Positions 35,350 to 47,899 are shown, counted from the stretch's first letter. The stretch is 64,000 nucleotides of DNA from Selaginella moellendorffii (GCF_000143415.4 NW_003314368.1:454792-518791); one strand, 5' to 3'. The notes: generated from the letters alone by a model not told the origin. A program made the numbers and translations.

Positions 35350-37949
35350 TGTTAATTTAGACTATCAGTCCCTTTAATATTTCAGTTGTCAAAAGGATTT
35401 CAAGGTTACTTTGCTTGTTGGCAAGAGTTTTTGTAAGAAATGTTTATTAAGATTCAATATAAGCATGGGGGTGATGATAAAGTGGTTGATGCATTATCCA
35501 AAATAATAAATTTTATCTCATTGATGAAGCTATTTAGCAATCTTTTGAGTTTATAGAGTTTATTGACTTCAACTCTTTTATCACTAATATTTGAGCAAAG
35601 GTTTTGTTGAGGAATATCTTTACAGATTTGAATGGTGACAAGTTTGCATCATTTAAGATAAGATGGAATTCTGACATGTGGTGGTTCCTTATGTTGACAA
35701 ACTCATCAAATAAATTTTAGTTAAATGTCATGATGTGTGAAGTGTTAGACATTTGGGGGTATTAAGAATGTATATATTAGTGAAGAAGCATTTTTTGGCC
35801 TAGGATGAAATCAGATATTAAGAAGTATATATATGGTTATTTGACTTACCAAAAGGTTAAAGTTGATTATCAAAACTTGCTAATCTCTATCATCCTTTAC
35901 ATGAGTCACTTGTGGACAAGTCATTAGCTCTTTCATAATACCTCAAAGGAGTTGCATGACATAAAGTCCCCTAAGGATGCTATTTGAGCTATTTTGGATC
36001 ATTTAACAAAGATGGTTCATTTTTTCCTAGTAAAAATAACAATTAAAGCTTTTAAATTTGCTTAATTTTTTATAGACCAATTATTTAGTCTCTATAGTTT
36101 ACCAAATGATATTGTGAGTGATCGGGAAAATTCACTTCTAAGTTTTGGCAAATGATCTTTAAGAAGCTAGAGACTAAGTTGAGTATGAATAATGGTGAGC
36201 ATCCATAATCAAATGGGCAAACAGAGCATATGAATCAAATGTTAGAAGATATATTAAGGTTTTTTTTGGGAAATTTAACTTAATAAAGAGCATAGGAGTA
36301 CTATTTGTCTTTGCTCATAATAGCATTCATTAATCAGCTATTAATATATCTCCATTTATGGTGATGTATGGTTATAAGGCTAAGTCTCTTGTAAGTTTGA
36401 GTTTGGCTTTGGTTTGGGTACCTCATGCTTGTGATTTCCTTATGCAAGACAAGCTTGAGTTGGCAAAACTGAATATGAGGCAAGCTCAAAATCGAGATAA
36501 AAGATTGGCTGATGAACATTATCATTATCAAGAATACAAAGTTGGTGACAATATTTTTCTTAAATTGTTAGCTGCACAATGGTCTTTGAAAAGAGGTGGT
36601 AGTGCTAAGTTGGCTTTATAGTATTGTGGGCCTTAAACAATTTTACAATGTGTGGGAGATTTTGTTTACACTTTGGACTTGTTAGCTAGTTTAAAGATTC
36701 ATCTAATATTCCATATAAGCAAGCTTAAAGTGTGTTTGCACTCTAGTGATCAATCCATTATCCAAGTCCTAAAGATTTATGTTGAGAAGGTTGGTCCAGC
36801 TAATATTCTTGCTCAAAGATTGGTGAAAATTTATTGTAAGATAATTTGGGAATTATTAGTTTGTGGAATAATTATTCTATAGACGAAGCTATATGGGAAA
36901 TTAAGGATGATATGAAGAAAGTGTTTTTGAGTTTTGACAATCTTGAGGAAGGGGAGAATTAAATTCTATAGCTGTATTGTTATATAATTTAATCCATTTG
37001 TTTTGTTCTCATTCTCTTGTTTTCATGACTATATTATCATGCAAAAAAGCTATATTGCTTTCTTTCTTTCGTAGCTATTTGTTACAATATTGGTGTTACC
37101 ATTTGCACATCCTTTCCTTATGACCATATTGCATTAAACTCCCTTTATGTAAAACTCATTTAGCTTCTTGAGGTCATGAAATGATACAAACCACAAGAAT
37201 ATTCTAAGAATATTCTATGGCCCGAGGTTGTGTTGCGAATGTGACTTCGGGTATCGAAAGTTATCTGTTGACCAGTCTTTACGGACACTCTTACCTTACT
37301 GCCACGACGGCAGGAGGTCGGTATTGCTAGACCCTTTATCAGTCCCTCTTGTGCTAGTGGAGTTAACTGGGCATTTCGAGTGTACTTAGACCGGACGAGC
37401 ATAAGGACAGAATTCCTACGTGTTATTAACTAAGCATACTTAGCCCGGTAAGGAGTTCCCGTCTCATTTTGTCTTGCACTTGCTAATGACAAAAACCCTT
37501 GCGTATTGAGACTAGTCCCTCAATATCGCTACATGATAGCTTACCGTATCTGCCAAACACCCTCGCTATCATGCCTTTTGTGTTAGTCTCATTTCGGTCC
37601 CAAATGCTATTTATAGAAAGTGTCTAGATTTGCTCATTTGGCATATCTACGGAATGTAGAGATCGGCCTGAACACAATTGTAAGATAGGAACTCTTTACT
37701 GGGCTAAGTATGCTTAGTTAATAACACATAGGAATTCCGTCCTTATGCTCATCCAATCTAAATACACTCGAAATGCCTAGTTAACTCCACTAGCACAAGA
37801 GAGACTAATAAAGGGTCCAGCAATACCGACCTCCTACTATCGTGGCAGTAAGGTAAGAGTGTCTGTAAGGACTGGTCGATAGGTAATTTTCAATACCTGA
37901 AGTCACATTCGCGACAGGTTGGCCTAGGGTTTACTCCTTTTTCATTTCA
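35350..37949 (+). mobile_element. Ty3/Gypsy (chromovirus-type) 3' part: rest of RNase H, integrase, chromodomain, PPT, 3' LTR
   Basis: LDYQSL*YF, KVVDALSK, KHFFWPRMKSDI, DHLTKMVHF, PNDIVSDR, NGQTEHMNQMLE, HLIFHISKLK; PPT gaggaaggggagaa at ~36946; LTR ends catttca at 37949 like the 19807 LTR end. Confidence 0.88.
37231..37916. mobile_element. 686-bp foldback element, 238-bp inverted arms, TG..CA termini, 5-bp TSD
   Basis: 37231-37468 is the reverse complement of 37679-37916 apart from scattered substitutions; GGTTG at 37226-37230 and 37917-37921. Confidence 0.9.
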
Positions 37950-39259
37950 CTTGAGCTAGATACTAGACATGTATCCAAAGGGATAGGGTTCTACTTACAT
38001 TATTGAAGCTGCCCAAGGGGCTCTGCAATTTTTTCAAGGATAGACTCCATGATAGTTTGATGCTCATGGCCGAGCCTTCCTCATGCAAGGAGAGCCAGCT
38101 TTACATGCACGACCACAGCAGTGACTCACCGCGACTCATGTTGCATAGCATGTTGGTGAATTCCCTGTCAGGCAGATTGATTGTCGGGCAGAAAATCTAT
38201 GAGTTGGATCTTTCCAAACTATCTGTAAGAACTTCAGTAGTATAAGTGTTACTATGATCATACCTGGGGTATCTTGTGCTCGTAATCTGAGTAGGGAAAG
38301 TTTGGGCAGTAATTCCCATGGAACTTGATATATAAATCCTGTGATTAAACATCTTATAAAAAACATTTCTAGGAAACAAAGAAGAAAAACCTGGCTGCAG
38401 CTTCCTCATTGTTCCATGAGCCTATGTAACTCTGCTTGCTCTTTTCTCATCAGCAAAAAGAGAAAATCAGCATGACTGTCAAAGAACTTCTTTGAGAAAG
38501 CCAGAGATAAAGAGAATCTAACATCCTCACCAAGTGTGTCTCCCACCGCTTGATTCGCTTGTAGAACAAACTCCAATGTAGAGGGACGACTTATTAGTGT
38601 ATCTCCTCACTGACTTCGGCGGGTTTCTCTTCCTTTTGCCTGATTCTTGTTGCTTGGACGATCTCCCTGGTCTTCTTCATAGCACATCTCTTGATCTTAG
38701 AGCTCGGGCTGTGAGACGAAGCCTTCATCAAAGAAGTCGGGCTTGGACGTCTCTCCATCACTGAGGATGGAAACGTTGGAGATGAGATCGACCTCTTCCT
38801 CCTCGAATACGTAATACACATCCTCGGCGTTGTCGTGACCACAGCGCTCCTTTCCATGGAAGACATTGTATCTACATCTAAAGGTTGCGAGGAAGCTAAG
38901 TTGGTAGCTGCCTTGGTCACAGCCCGAGTGGCCATGGAGGGGGCCTCCCGCTTCTCCGTGGCGATCACCGGATGATCATCATCACCAGACTCACCATCGG
39001 TGGATAAACTCGAGTTCGCGGGTTCTTCACTGCCATCTTCTTCAGTCTCCGATTGAGCAGCCCATGATGAAGAGGAATCCGAGCATGCAGCGCTTGCCAA
39101 CTCTACTGCTGCCATCGCTGGTGATGGTGGTGCTAGACAGCGTTGCTTTGTTCTTGGCGCCCTTGATGTTGCTGGAGGGGGGCAATGCAATAGGGGCTCA
39201 GGATCATCACCATGATCATGAGGTAGCACTGGTGTGGGATCAGCTGGAGGGACTTCCAA
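37950..39259 (-). pseudogene. 5' half of double-AP2-domain (euAP2-like) gene, copy A
   Basis: N-terminal low-complexity/basic region, then frameshifted YIGV..YKRIKRWETH, GSWNNEEAAAR, PNFPYSDYEHKIP, APWAASI; collinear with 45500-46850 inverted. Confidence 0.8.
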
Positions 39260-39355
39260 AACATGCTGGCTACTATGCTTATTATAACTAAATGACTACT
39301 ATGACTACATATATTCTGGTTTATACTATAACTCAGCTATAACTAGTTAGTTATA

Positions 39356-41037
39356 GTCTCCCCAAACCTCCCTCGTGAGACTTGACTTGGGAGCTGCTGG
39401 TGGATCATGGTTGCTGCTTCCTCCACCCTAACTGTGGCAGCATTTGTCTTCTGCTTGACCTTCCTATCATGAACGCTGTATGCTCCCTTTTCTGTCCAGA
39501 CCGTGCAGATTTCTTATGTACTGAATGAAGTCATTCTCAGCCAAGGTGATCCACTGTAATATCGTTAGATGGTAAATCAATCAGAACATGCAAACACAAT
39601 CACCTGTGGCATCTCGTCAGTGTAGTTTTCATATGCGAAGTGGAGGTTTTTCTCCCTGCTGAAGAATCTGATAGCCCCTCAATCAGTTCCTGTCAAAACA
39701 ATGTGTTAGAAACAAGTGCAGTTTTAGTTTTTCTTAAACCTTGCTGCCTCCTCTTGTGTCTCATATGCCCCTGCGCTTGGAAATTCAAACATAAACAATG
39801 GCTCTTTAAATATATAACAAAAAACTCACAGTCGAATCGTACGACGCCTCAGCCTGCGGCAAAGATGAAAACCACAGTGTTCGAATGCTGAAGGTCTTTT
39901 GTTGGCTTAGATCAAGTTTTACACTCAAGTAATGCAACTTGAGTCTGATCTTGGCATTATCCAAGTAAGCTAGTACTTACGTTATGGAAGCCGCCCAAGG
40001 GGCTTTGCGATTTTTGAGAAGATACACTCCGTTATGGTTTGATGCTCGAGGCCGAGTCTCCCTCGTCCCAGCGCCATATGCAAGAAGCTCCGGTGTAAAC
40101 CAGAGCAACGACTGGCCAGATGTTGATGAACTCCTTGTTGGGGAGATTGATCCACTGCAGCGAAAATCCAAGTGTTACATCGATCTTTAGAACTACCTGG
40201 AAGAACTAGTCTATGAGCGCTCCTATGATTATACCTGGGGTATCTCGTGCATGTAGTCTGAGTAGGGAAAGTTTGGGCAGTTTGTCCCACAGAACTTGAT
40301 GTAAGATCCTATTACTTATCAAAAAGTTTCCAGGAAAGAAAGAAGAAGATGAAGAAGAAGAAGAAGAAGAGAACCTGGCTGCGGCTTCCTCGCTGCTGCA
40401 TGAGCCTATATAAATCCTCTTGTTGCTTTTGCCCATACCCTGATGATCAGGAAAGAGAGAAAATTAAAAAAAAAAACCACCAGAGAAAAAGACCAAAAGC
40501 AAAGAACATCCTCACCAAATGTGCGTCTCCCACCGCTTCCAATGCAGGGGGACGACTTATTGGTGTATCTCCTCGCTGACTTCGGCGGGTTTCTCTTCCT
40601 TGTGCCCGCTTCTTCTCGCTTGGATGATGCCACGATCTCCCTGGCCTTCTTCTTCGCACCCTTAGACGTTTTGATCCTAGAGCTCGAGCTGCGAGACGAA
40701 GCCTTGATCGCAGTCGAGGTTGGGAGTCTGTCCCTGAAAACGGTGGGGGTGAGGTCGAGGTGATAGCAGACCTGTTTCTCCTCGAATACGTAACGCACAT
40801 CCTCGGGGTCCTCGGGATCAAAGTGGAAGTCGTATCTAAATCTAAAGCTTGCTTGGAGCTCCTCAAAGAAATCGCTTGGTGGCCGCCTTTGTCGCGGCCC
40901 GAGTGGCTATGGAGGGCGCGTCCTTCTCCTCCATGGTAATGATCGCCGGATTATCATCACCACCCGACTCACCAGTGAAGGAAGACAAGCTCGCCGGTTC
41001 TTCACTGCTATCAATTCAATATTCTCCGATTTAGCAG
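39356..41037 (-). pseudogene. AP2-like copy B (5'-truncated); left arm of long inverted repeat
   Basis: KRIYIGSCSSEEAAAR, IKFCGTNCPNFPYSDY, GAYETQEEAAR; near-identical reverse complement of 42199-43874. Confidence 0.85.
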
Positions 41038-41039
41038 AG

Positions 41040-41810
41040 TAAACACACTCTGCGATAGTTTGATGCTCGAGGCCGACTGTTCCTCATGCCACCGACACTT
41101 GCAAGAAGCTCCGGCGACTCATGTTGCGTAGCATATTGATGACCTAGATTGATCCCCTGCAGAGAAAATCCAAGTGTTAGATCGATCTGTCAAACTATCT
41201 GGAAGAACTTCGGTATCCTAAGTGCTAATATGACACACCTAGTGGGAAAAGTTTGTGAGGTCGTAGATCCTAGTTTAAGAATCTTAACAAAAAACTTTCT
41301 ACGAAAGAAGGAGAAGGAGAAACCTGGCTGCGGCTTCCTCGCTGCTGCATGCAGCAAGGTATATTTGCTTCTTTTGTTCTGCCTTAGCCCTGAGGATCAA
41401 GAAAATGAGAAAATCAGCGTGATTGTAGAACGAGACTCCAATGTAGCAGGACGACTTATCAGCGTATCTCCTCGCGCACTTTGGCGGGTTTCTCTTCTTT
41501 TTGCTCCCTTCTCCAAGCTTGGACGAAAATCCCTCCCGAGCCACCCCCGAGCTGCGAGAAGAAGCTAGAACCTTCCTTTCCATAGACGTAGAAGCACGAA
41601 TGTGGCCATGGAGCTTTGCGACTCCACTGCTGCCATTTCTGGTGATGGCGGCACTAGACAGCGTCGCTTTGTTCTTGGCGCTAGCACTGATGACGGCCAT
41701 GGTTGCTCAGTGTTTGCATGCTGAATGCCGGCGGTGCATGTGCTTGATAGTGGGACCTTCATTCAGGAACTTGGGCTAACTCCAGAATCCCATTGTAAGA
41801 ACCTCCACAA
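41040..41810 (-). pseudogene. AP2-like copy E, heavily deleted
   Basis: KKRNPPKCARRYADKSSCYIGVSFY; KKQIYLAACSSEEAAAR. Confidence 0.75.
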
Positions 41811-41840
41811 CCCAGTTGCTTCAAAGAGTCCTTTTTCCAG

Positions 41841-43990
41841 ATGGAGCTGGGATTCCAGATTCACAGCGTCGCGGCCACATCCCTGGATGAAGATCCCACT
41901 ATCAAGCACATGCGCTGCCGGCATTTGGCATGCCAGGCTTGAGCGACAGATTTTCCAAGGCCGTCACCTCTTTCTCGCCACCAACAAGTCTCTCCAGCTG
42001 ATCCGGCGCCCCTGGCAGGTGTCGAGCAGCCAGTGCTAGCCTCTGAAGCTCCTTCTCGTGATGATCCTGTGCCTGCATTGACATTGCCCCCAGTAGCTCC
42101 AGCAGCGTCGAAGGCGCCAAGAACAAAGCGACGCTGTCTAGCACCAGAGATGGTAGCAGTGGAGTCGTCTGCATGCTTGGATACCTCTTCATCATGGGCT
42201 GCTAAATCGGAGCATTGAAGAAGATAGCAGTGAAGAACCGGCGAGCTTGTCTTCCTTCGCTGGTGAGTCGGGTGGTGGTGATAATCCGGCGATCATTGCC
42301 ATGGAGGAGAAGGACGCGCCCTCCATAGCCACTCGGGCCGCGACGCGACAAAGGCGGCCACCAAGCGATTCACTCGGGCTTCCTTGAGGAGCTCCAAGCA
42401 AGCTTTAGATTTAGATGATCCCGAGGACCCCGAGGATGTGCGCTACGTATTCGAGGAGAAACAGGTCTGCTATCACCTCGACCTCACCCCCACCGTTTTC
42501 AGCTTCAGCGACGGACAGACTCCCAACCTCGACTGTGATCAAGGCTTCGTCTCGCAGCTCGAGCTCTAGGATCAAAACGTCTAAGGGTGCGAAGAAGAAG
42601 GCCAGGGAGATCATGGCATCATCCAAGCGAGAAGAAGCGGGCACAAGGAAGAGAAACCCGCCGAAGTCAGCGAGGAGATACACCAATAAGTCGTCCCCCT
42701 GCATTGGAAGCGGTGGGAGACGCACATTTGGTGAGGATGTTCTTTGTTTCTGGTTTTTTATTCTCTCTTTCCTGATCATCAGGGGTATGGGTAAAAGCAA
42801 CAAGAAGATTTATATAGGCTCATGCAGCAGCGAGGAAGCCGCAGCCAGGTTCTCTTCGTCTTCTTCGTCTTCTTCTTTCTTTCCTGGAAACTTTTTGATA
42901 AGTAATAGGATCTATGACCGAGCTTACATCAAGTTCTGTGGGACAAACTGCCCAAACTTTCCCTACTCAGACTACATGCACGAGATACCCCAGGTATGAT
43001 CATAAGAACGCTCATAGACTAGTTCTTCCAGGTAGTTCTAAAGATCGATGTAACACTTGGATTTTCGCTGCAGTGGATCAATCTCCCCAACAAGGAGTTC
43101 ATCAACATCTGGCCAGTCGTTGCTCTGGTTTACACCAGAGCTTCTTGCATATGGCGCTGGGACGAGGGAGACTCGGCCTCGAGCATCAAACCATAACGGA
43201 GTGTATCTTCTCAAAAATCGCAAAGCCCCTTGGGCGGCTTCCATAACGTAAGTACTAGCTTACTTGGATAATGCCAAGATCAGACTCAAGTTGCATTACT
43301 TGAGTGTAAAACTTGATCTAAACCAACAAAAGACCTTCAGCATTCGAACACTGTGGTTTTCATCTTTGCCGCAGGCTGAGGCGTCGTACGATTCGACTGG
43401 GTGAGTTTTTTGTTATATATTTAAAGAGCCATTGTTTATGTTTGAATTTCCAAGGGCAGGGGCATATGAGACACAAGAGGAGGCAGCAAGGTTTAAGAAA
43501 AACTAAAACTGCACTTGTTTCTAACACGTTGTTTTGACAGGAACTGATTGAGGGGCTATCAGATTCTTCAGCAGGGAGAAAAACCTCCACTTCGCATATG
43601 AAAACTACACTGACGAGATGCCACAGGTGATTGTGTTTGCATGTTCTGATTGATTTACCATCTAACGATATTACAGTGGATCACCTTGGCTGAGAATGAC
43701 TTCATTCAGTACATAAGAAATCTGCACGGTCTGGACAGAAAAGGGAGCGTACAGCGTTCATGATAGGAAGGTCAAGCAGAAGACAAATGCTGCCACAGTT
43801 AGGGTGGAGGAAGCAGCAACCATGATCCACCAGTAGCTCCCAAGTCAAGTCTCACGAGGGAGGTTTGGGGAGACCTCGTTTCGGAGGGCTTGGAGGGCAG
43901 CAAGGAAACTAGATGGTCACTAGTTTTCTTGCGTGAGTGCTTCACCATGACAGTGCCATTAGTTTTTTCTCGTGACTGCTTTACAATAAC
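41841..43990 (+). pseudogene. AP2-like copy C; contains right arm of long inverted repeat
   Basis: KKIYIGSCSSEEAAAR|IYDRAYIKFCGTNCPNFPYSDY; second repeat GVYLLKNRKAPWAASIT|LRRRTIRL|GAYETQEEAAR; frameshifting deletion at the start of the first AP2 domain. Confidence 0.85.
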
Positions 43991-45378
43991 ATCCCAAGGG
44001 GACGGTGATCGGAATAAAATATCCCAGTCGTGAGTCCGAATGTTGAGCGAGCAAGTCGGACATAAAAGCAGAAAAGAAATTTGAATTTGAATATGTTTAT
44101 AATTTATAAACACAAGGAGCGCGGGCTTGCAATAGCAAAAGCAAAAGTAACTATTGATGTATTGGAGAGGCATCGCATTTTACCATCTGCGGCTCTGTGG
44201 AGACTCCCTGCAAGCAGCTCAATCCTGCCCATAGTCACAGGCATGCGATCGGTCCATTCAGCAGACCATGCGTGCTCCAAGGACGTCCAATTTACTATCA
44301 TTGGATTGGCAATATCTTTCAATTGCTCAATTACTCGCTCTCCTCTTCCACAGCAGGAGTGGCAGGTCCCACATTTTGTAATTTGACCGCTTTTCGAATG
44401 GCCCCCAGAACCGAATAGTAGGTACTTGGACTTGGAATCTGCCGCATTTTTGTTTTTAAATTGAATGTAATGCAGCAACGATGGGTGCCACAGCTAATCA
44501 AGACATGGAAATTTCTCGGGAATCTTGTGGCTTGCGATGAAGGAGGATTAGAAAAAGGTTTTATATAAGTTTCTTCTTCTTCTTCCTATCCCACATATTT
44601 TATTTCCTTCCAGAATGACAATAGATACCAATCAAAATAATTTAACCAACACTACCAAATCTACAATTTTCCACAATTGCCTGCGATTCTTTTGTAAGAA
44701 TTCAGGCTATTTGTGTTGATCCATGATGAAGTGACTTACAGATTTGGTACGCAAGTAACTCTTGGGTGGTGTTGTTCAAAAGTATTTCACCAGGATTTAG
44801 ATGTAAATTATAATTCCTCAGCTTTGGTACACAAGTAAAATGTGTTTTTCAATGCTTTCTTCAGGTGTTTGGATACTTTCAAATGTTCATATCTGTTAGC
44901 TCTCATTCACCAACGCGTTGCATTTCAATTGACCTCTGATGCACGCCGCGCATTTGACGCCCATTGTCACATGCTCAAGAATTCTTGTTGTCTCGCGATA
45001 ATTCATGCAATTTAATTCTTCTCATTGCTGACTAGGAGAAAATTAACCGCTACTGAATCAGTGTCGATACTTATCCGGATACACAGGGTATAGTTGTCAT
45101 TTTCGTACGCGGCGCTGCGTACGCACCTGCACTGGTACGGAAAGTTTTAATGGGCGGCTGCGATGGCTTGCAGTCGTCATGGACGGCCACGATTTTTCAT
45201 ACGTCTCGTGGCCAGTAGAAGAAAAAGGAGTCAGTTCTCTAGTTCCTTCAGTTTCTTGTTTTGCAGCATGCCTCGCTTGAATCCTGTTAGATCGTACAGG
45301 GTAGCAGCGGAACCTTGGATTGCGGCGCCGCCGCAACCCAGTCGCCACGCTTCGTTCTTGTCGATAGAGCTCCTCGAA

Positions 45379-47410
45379 ATGGAGGTTCTTGCAATGAGAT
45401 TCCAGGTTCCTCCAGATGATCACGACGCGCCCATGTCCCCAGATCAGGATCCCACTATCAAGCATACTCGTTGTCGGCGATCGAGCAAAAGATTTTCCAC
45501 CCGATCGTCTTGGAAATTCCTCCAGCTGATCCCGCGCCAGTGCTAGCAGCTCCTCCTCATGATCATGCTGATGATCCTGCGCCCGCATTGGCATTGCCCC
45601 TGGTACCTCCAGCAGCGCCGAGGGCGCCAAGAACAAAGCGACGCCGTCTAGCACCGACATCACCAGCGATGGCATCATGGCAGCGGTAGAGTCGGCAAGC
45701 TCTGCATGCTCGGATTCCTCTTCATCATGGGCTGCTCAATCGGAGAATGAAGAAGATGGCAGTGAAGAACCGGCAAACTCGAGTTTCCACCGATAGTGCG
45801 TCGGGTGATGATGATCATCCGGTGATCGCCACGGAAAAGAAGGAAGCCCCCTCCATGGTCACTCGGGCCGCAGCCGCCAACCTAGCTTCCTCGCAACTTA
45901 GATACGACGTCTTCCATGGAAAGGAGCGCTGTGGTCACGACGACGCCGAGGATGTGCACTACGTATTCGAGGAGGAAGAGGTCGATCTCATCTCCAACGT
46001 TTCCAGCCTCAGTGACGGAGAGACCTCCAAGCCCGACTTCTATGATGAAGACTACGTCTCGCAGCCCGAGCTCTAAGATCAAGAGGTGTGCTATGAAGAA
46101 GACCAGGAAGATCGTGCAAGCAACAAGAATCAGGCAAAAGGAAGAGAAACCCGCCGAAGTCAGCGAGGAGATGCACCAATAAGTCGTTCCTCTACATTGG
46201 AGTGTCGTTCTACAAGGCGAATCAAGCGGTGGGAGACGCACATTTGGTGAGGATGTTAGATTCTCTTTATCCCTGGCTTCTCAAAGAAGTTCTTTGACAG
46301 TCACGCTGCTGTTTTTGTTGATCATCAGGGGTACCGGAGAACAGAGCAAGAAGATTTACGTAGGCTCATGCAACAGCGAGGAAGCTGGAGCCAGGTTTTT
46401 CTTCGTTGTTCCTAGAAAGGTTTTTGATAAAATGTTTAATCACAGAATCTATGATCGAGCTTACATCAAGTTCCGTGGGAACAACTGCCCGAACTTTCCC
46501 TACTCGGATTACGAGCACGAGATTTTTCCCAGGTATGATCATAGTAACGCTTACACTAAAGTATTTCCAGATAGTTTGGAAAGATCTAACTCTTAGATTT
46601 TCTCTGCAGTGAATCAATCTGCCCAACAGGGAATTCATCAACATGCTACGCAACATGAGTCGCGGCAAGTCATTGCTGTGGTTTACACCCGAGCTTCTTG
46701 CACTTAAAGTTGGCTCTCCCTGCATGAGGAAGGCTCGGCCTTGAGTATCAAACTATCACGGAATCTATCTTCTAAAAAATCACAAAGCCCCTTGGGCGGC
46801 TTCCATAACGTAAGTAGAGCCCCATCCCTTCGGAAACATGTGAGAGATCATCTAGCCTTTGAGAGACCATCTAGCTACCTGGATGATAACTCAATGTTTC
46901 ATTGATCAATCTGAGTATGAAACTTGATCGTAGGCAATAAGAGATCACAGATTATCACCATTCTAACACTGCTTTACATCTTTGCTGCAGGCTGGCCTGT
47001 CGTACGATTCGACTCGGTGAGTTTTTTATTTTATGTTTCAAGAGCCATTGTTTATGTTGCATTTCCAGGCATATGAGACACAAGAGGAGGCAGCAAGGTT
47101 CAAGAAAACTAAAACTTCACTCTCTAATTATACTAGGTACCACGTTGTTTCTAACATTGTTTTAACAGGACCTATGACCGAGCAGTTATTAGGTTCTTTG
47201 GCAAGGCTAAAGAACTTTGCATATGACAACTACACCAATGAGATGCCACAGATGATTTTTGTTTGCATTTGAGAACCATTCAGGATGACATTACAGTGGA
47301 TCACCTCAAGGACGAGTTCATTCAGTACATACAGAATGTCAGGACAAGCTTGCAAAAGGGAGTTCAAAGGATGTACAACTGAAAGAGCTGTATATGATAG
47401 AAAGGTCGAC
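45379..47410 (+). pseudogene. AP2-like copy D, most complete copy but frameshifted
   Basis: YIGVSFYK(+1)RIKRWETHIW|GTGEQSKKIYVGSCNSEEAGAR|IYDRAYIKFRGNNCPNFPYSDY; APWAASIT|LACRTIRL|AYETQEEAAR|TYDRAVIRFFGKAKNFAYDNY. Confidence 0.85.
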
Positions 47411-47899
47411 TTTCTAATAATTAATATAGAAAAAATAATTTATTTAATTTTATGGTGTGAGGTTTAGCTATGAACTCGTAGTGGGCCAATTTTAATGATG
47501 AATTTTTTTGGTTTGCTTATTAGAAATCACTTGATTAGCTTCTGGAGCTGTTATGCAAGTTCCCATAGCTGTGAGAGACAATATGAGAAGATATGAAGCA
47601 ATAGTAGAAGATCTTTATTGCTAGAATCTTGAGAAGCTGAGATTTAATTATTGTGCCATTATCAAAAACCAAGCCACTATGCCACCATTATGTAGGAAAT
47701 CTTAGCCACACCGTAAGCTGCCATGGTAGATCAAAGACACTGCTACTGTGCAGATACTATGGCGAGATAAGAGGGGAAATTCCCTCTCTCAATATTTGGC
47801 ACCGAGTGGTTCACCATGGCAGGAGGGGAGAAAGCTTATCCCCTCTCCCTCACAATTTGGTGCTGAAGTATATGGATTATCAATGCCGAGGGTCAAGAT

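Noticed and set aside
37420-37460. 5S rRNA-derived (Cassandra-type) segment in the foldback arm
   Set aside because: Only vague A-box resemblance and no recognisable C-box.
43780-43990. miR172 target site in the AP2-like copies
   Set aside because: No match to the canonical CTGCAGCATCATCAGGATTCT site was seen.
44104-44478. Actin/ARP-like fragment (NPMIVNWTSLEHAW)
   Set aside because: A single short motif with no supporting gene structure; needs a profile search.
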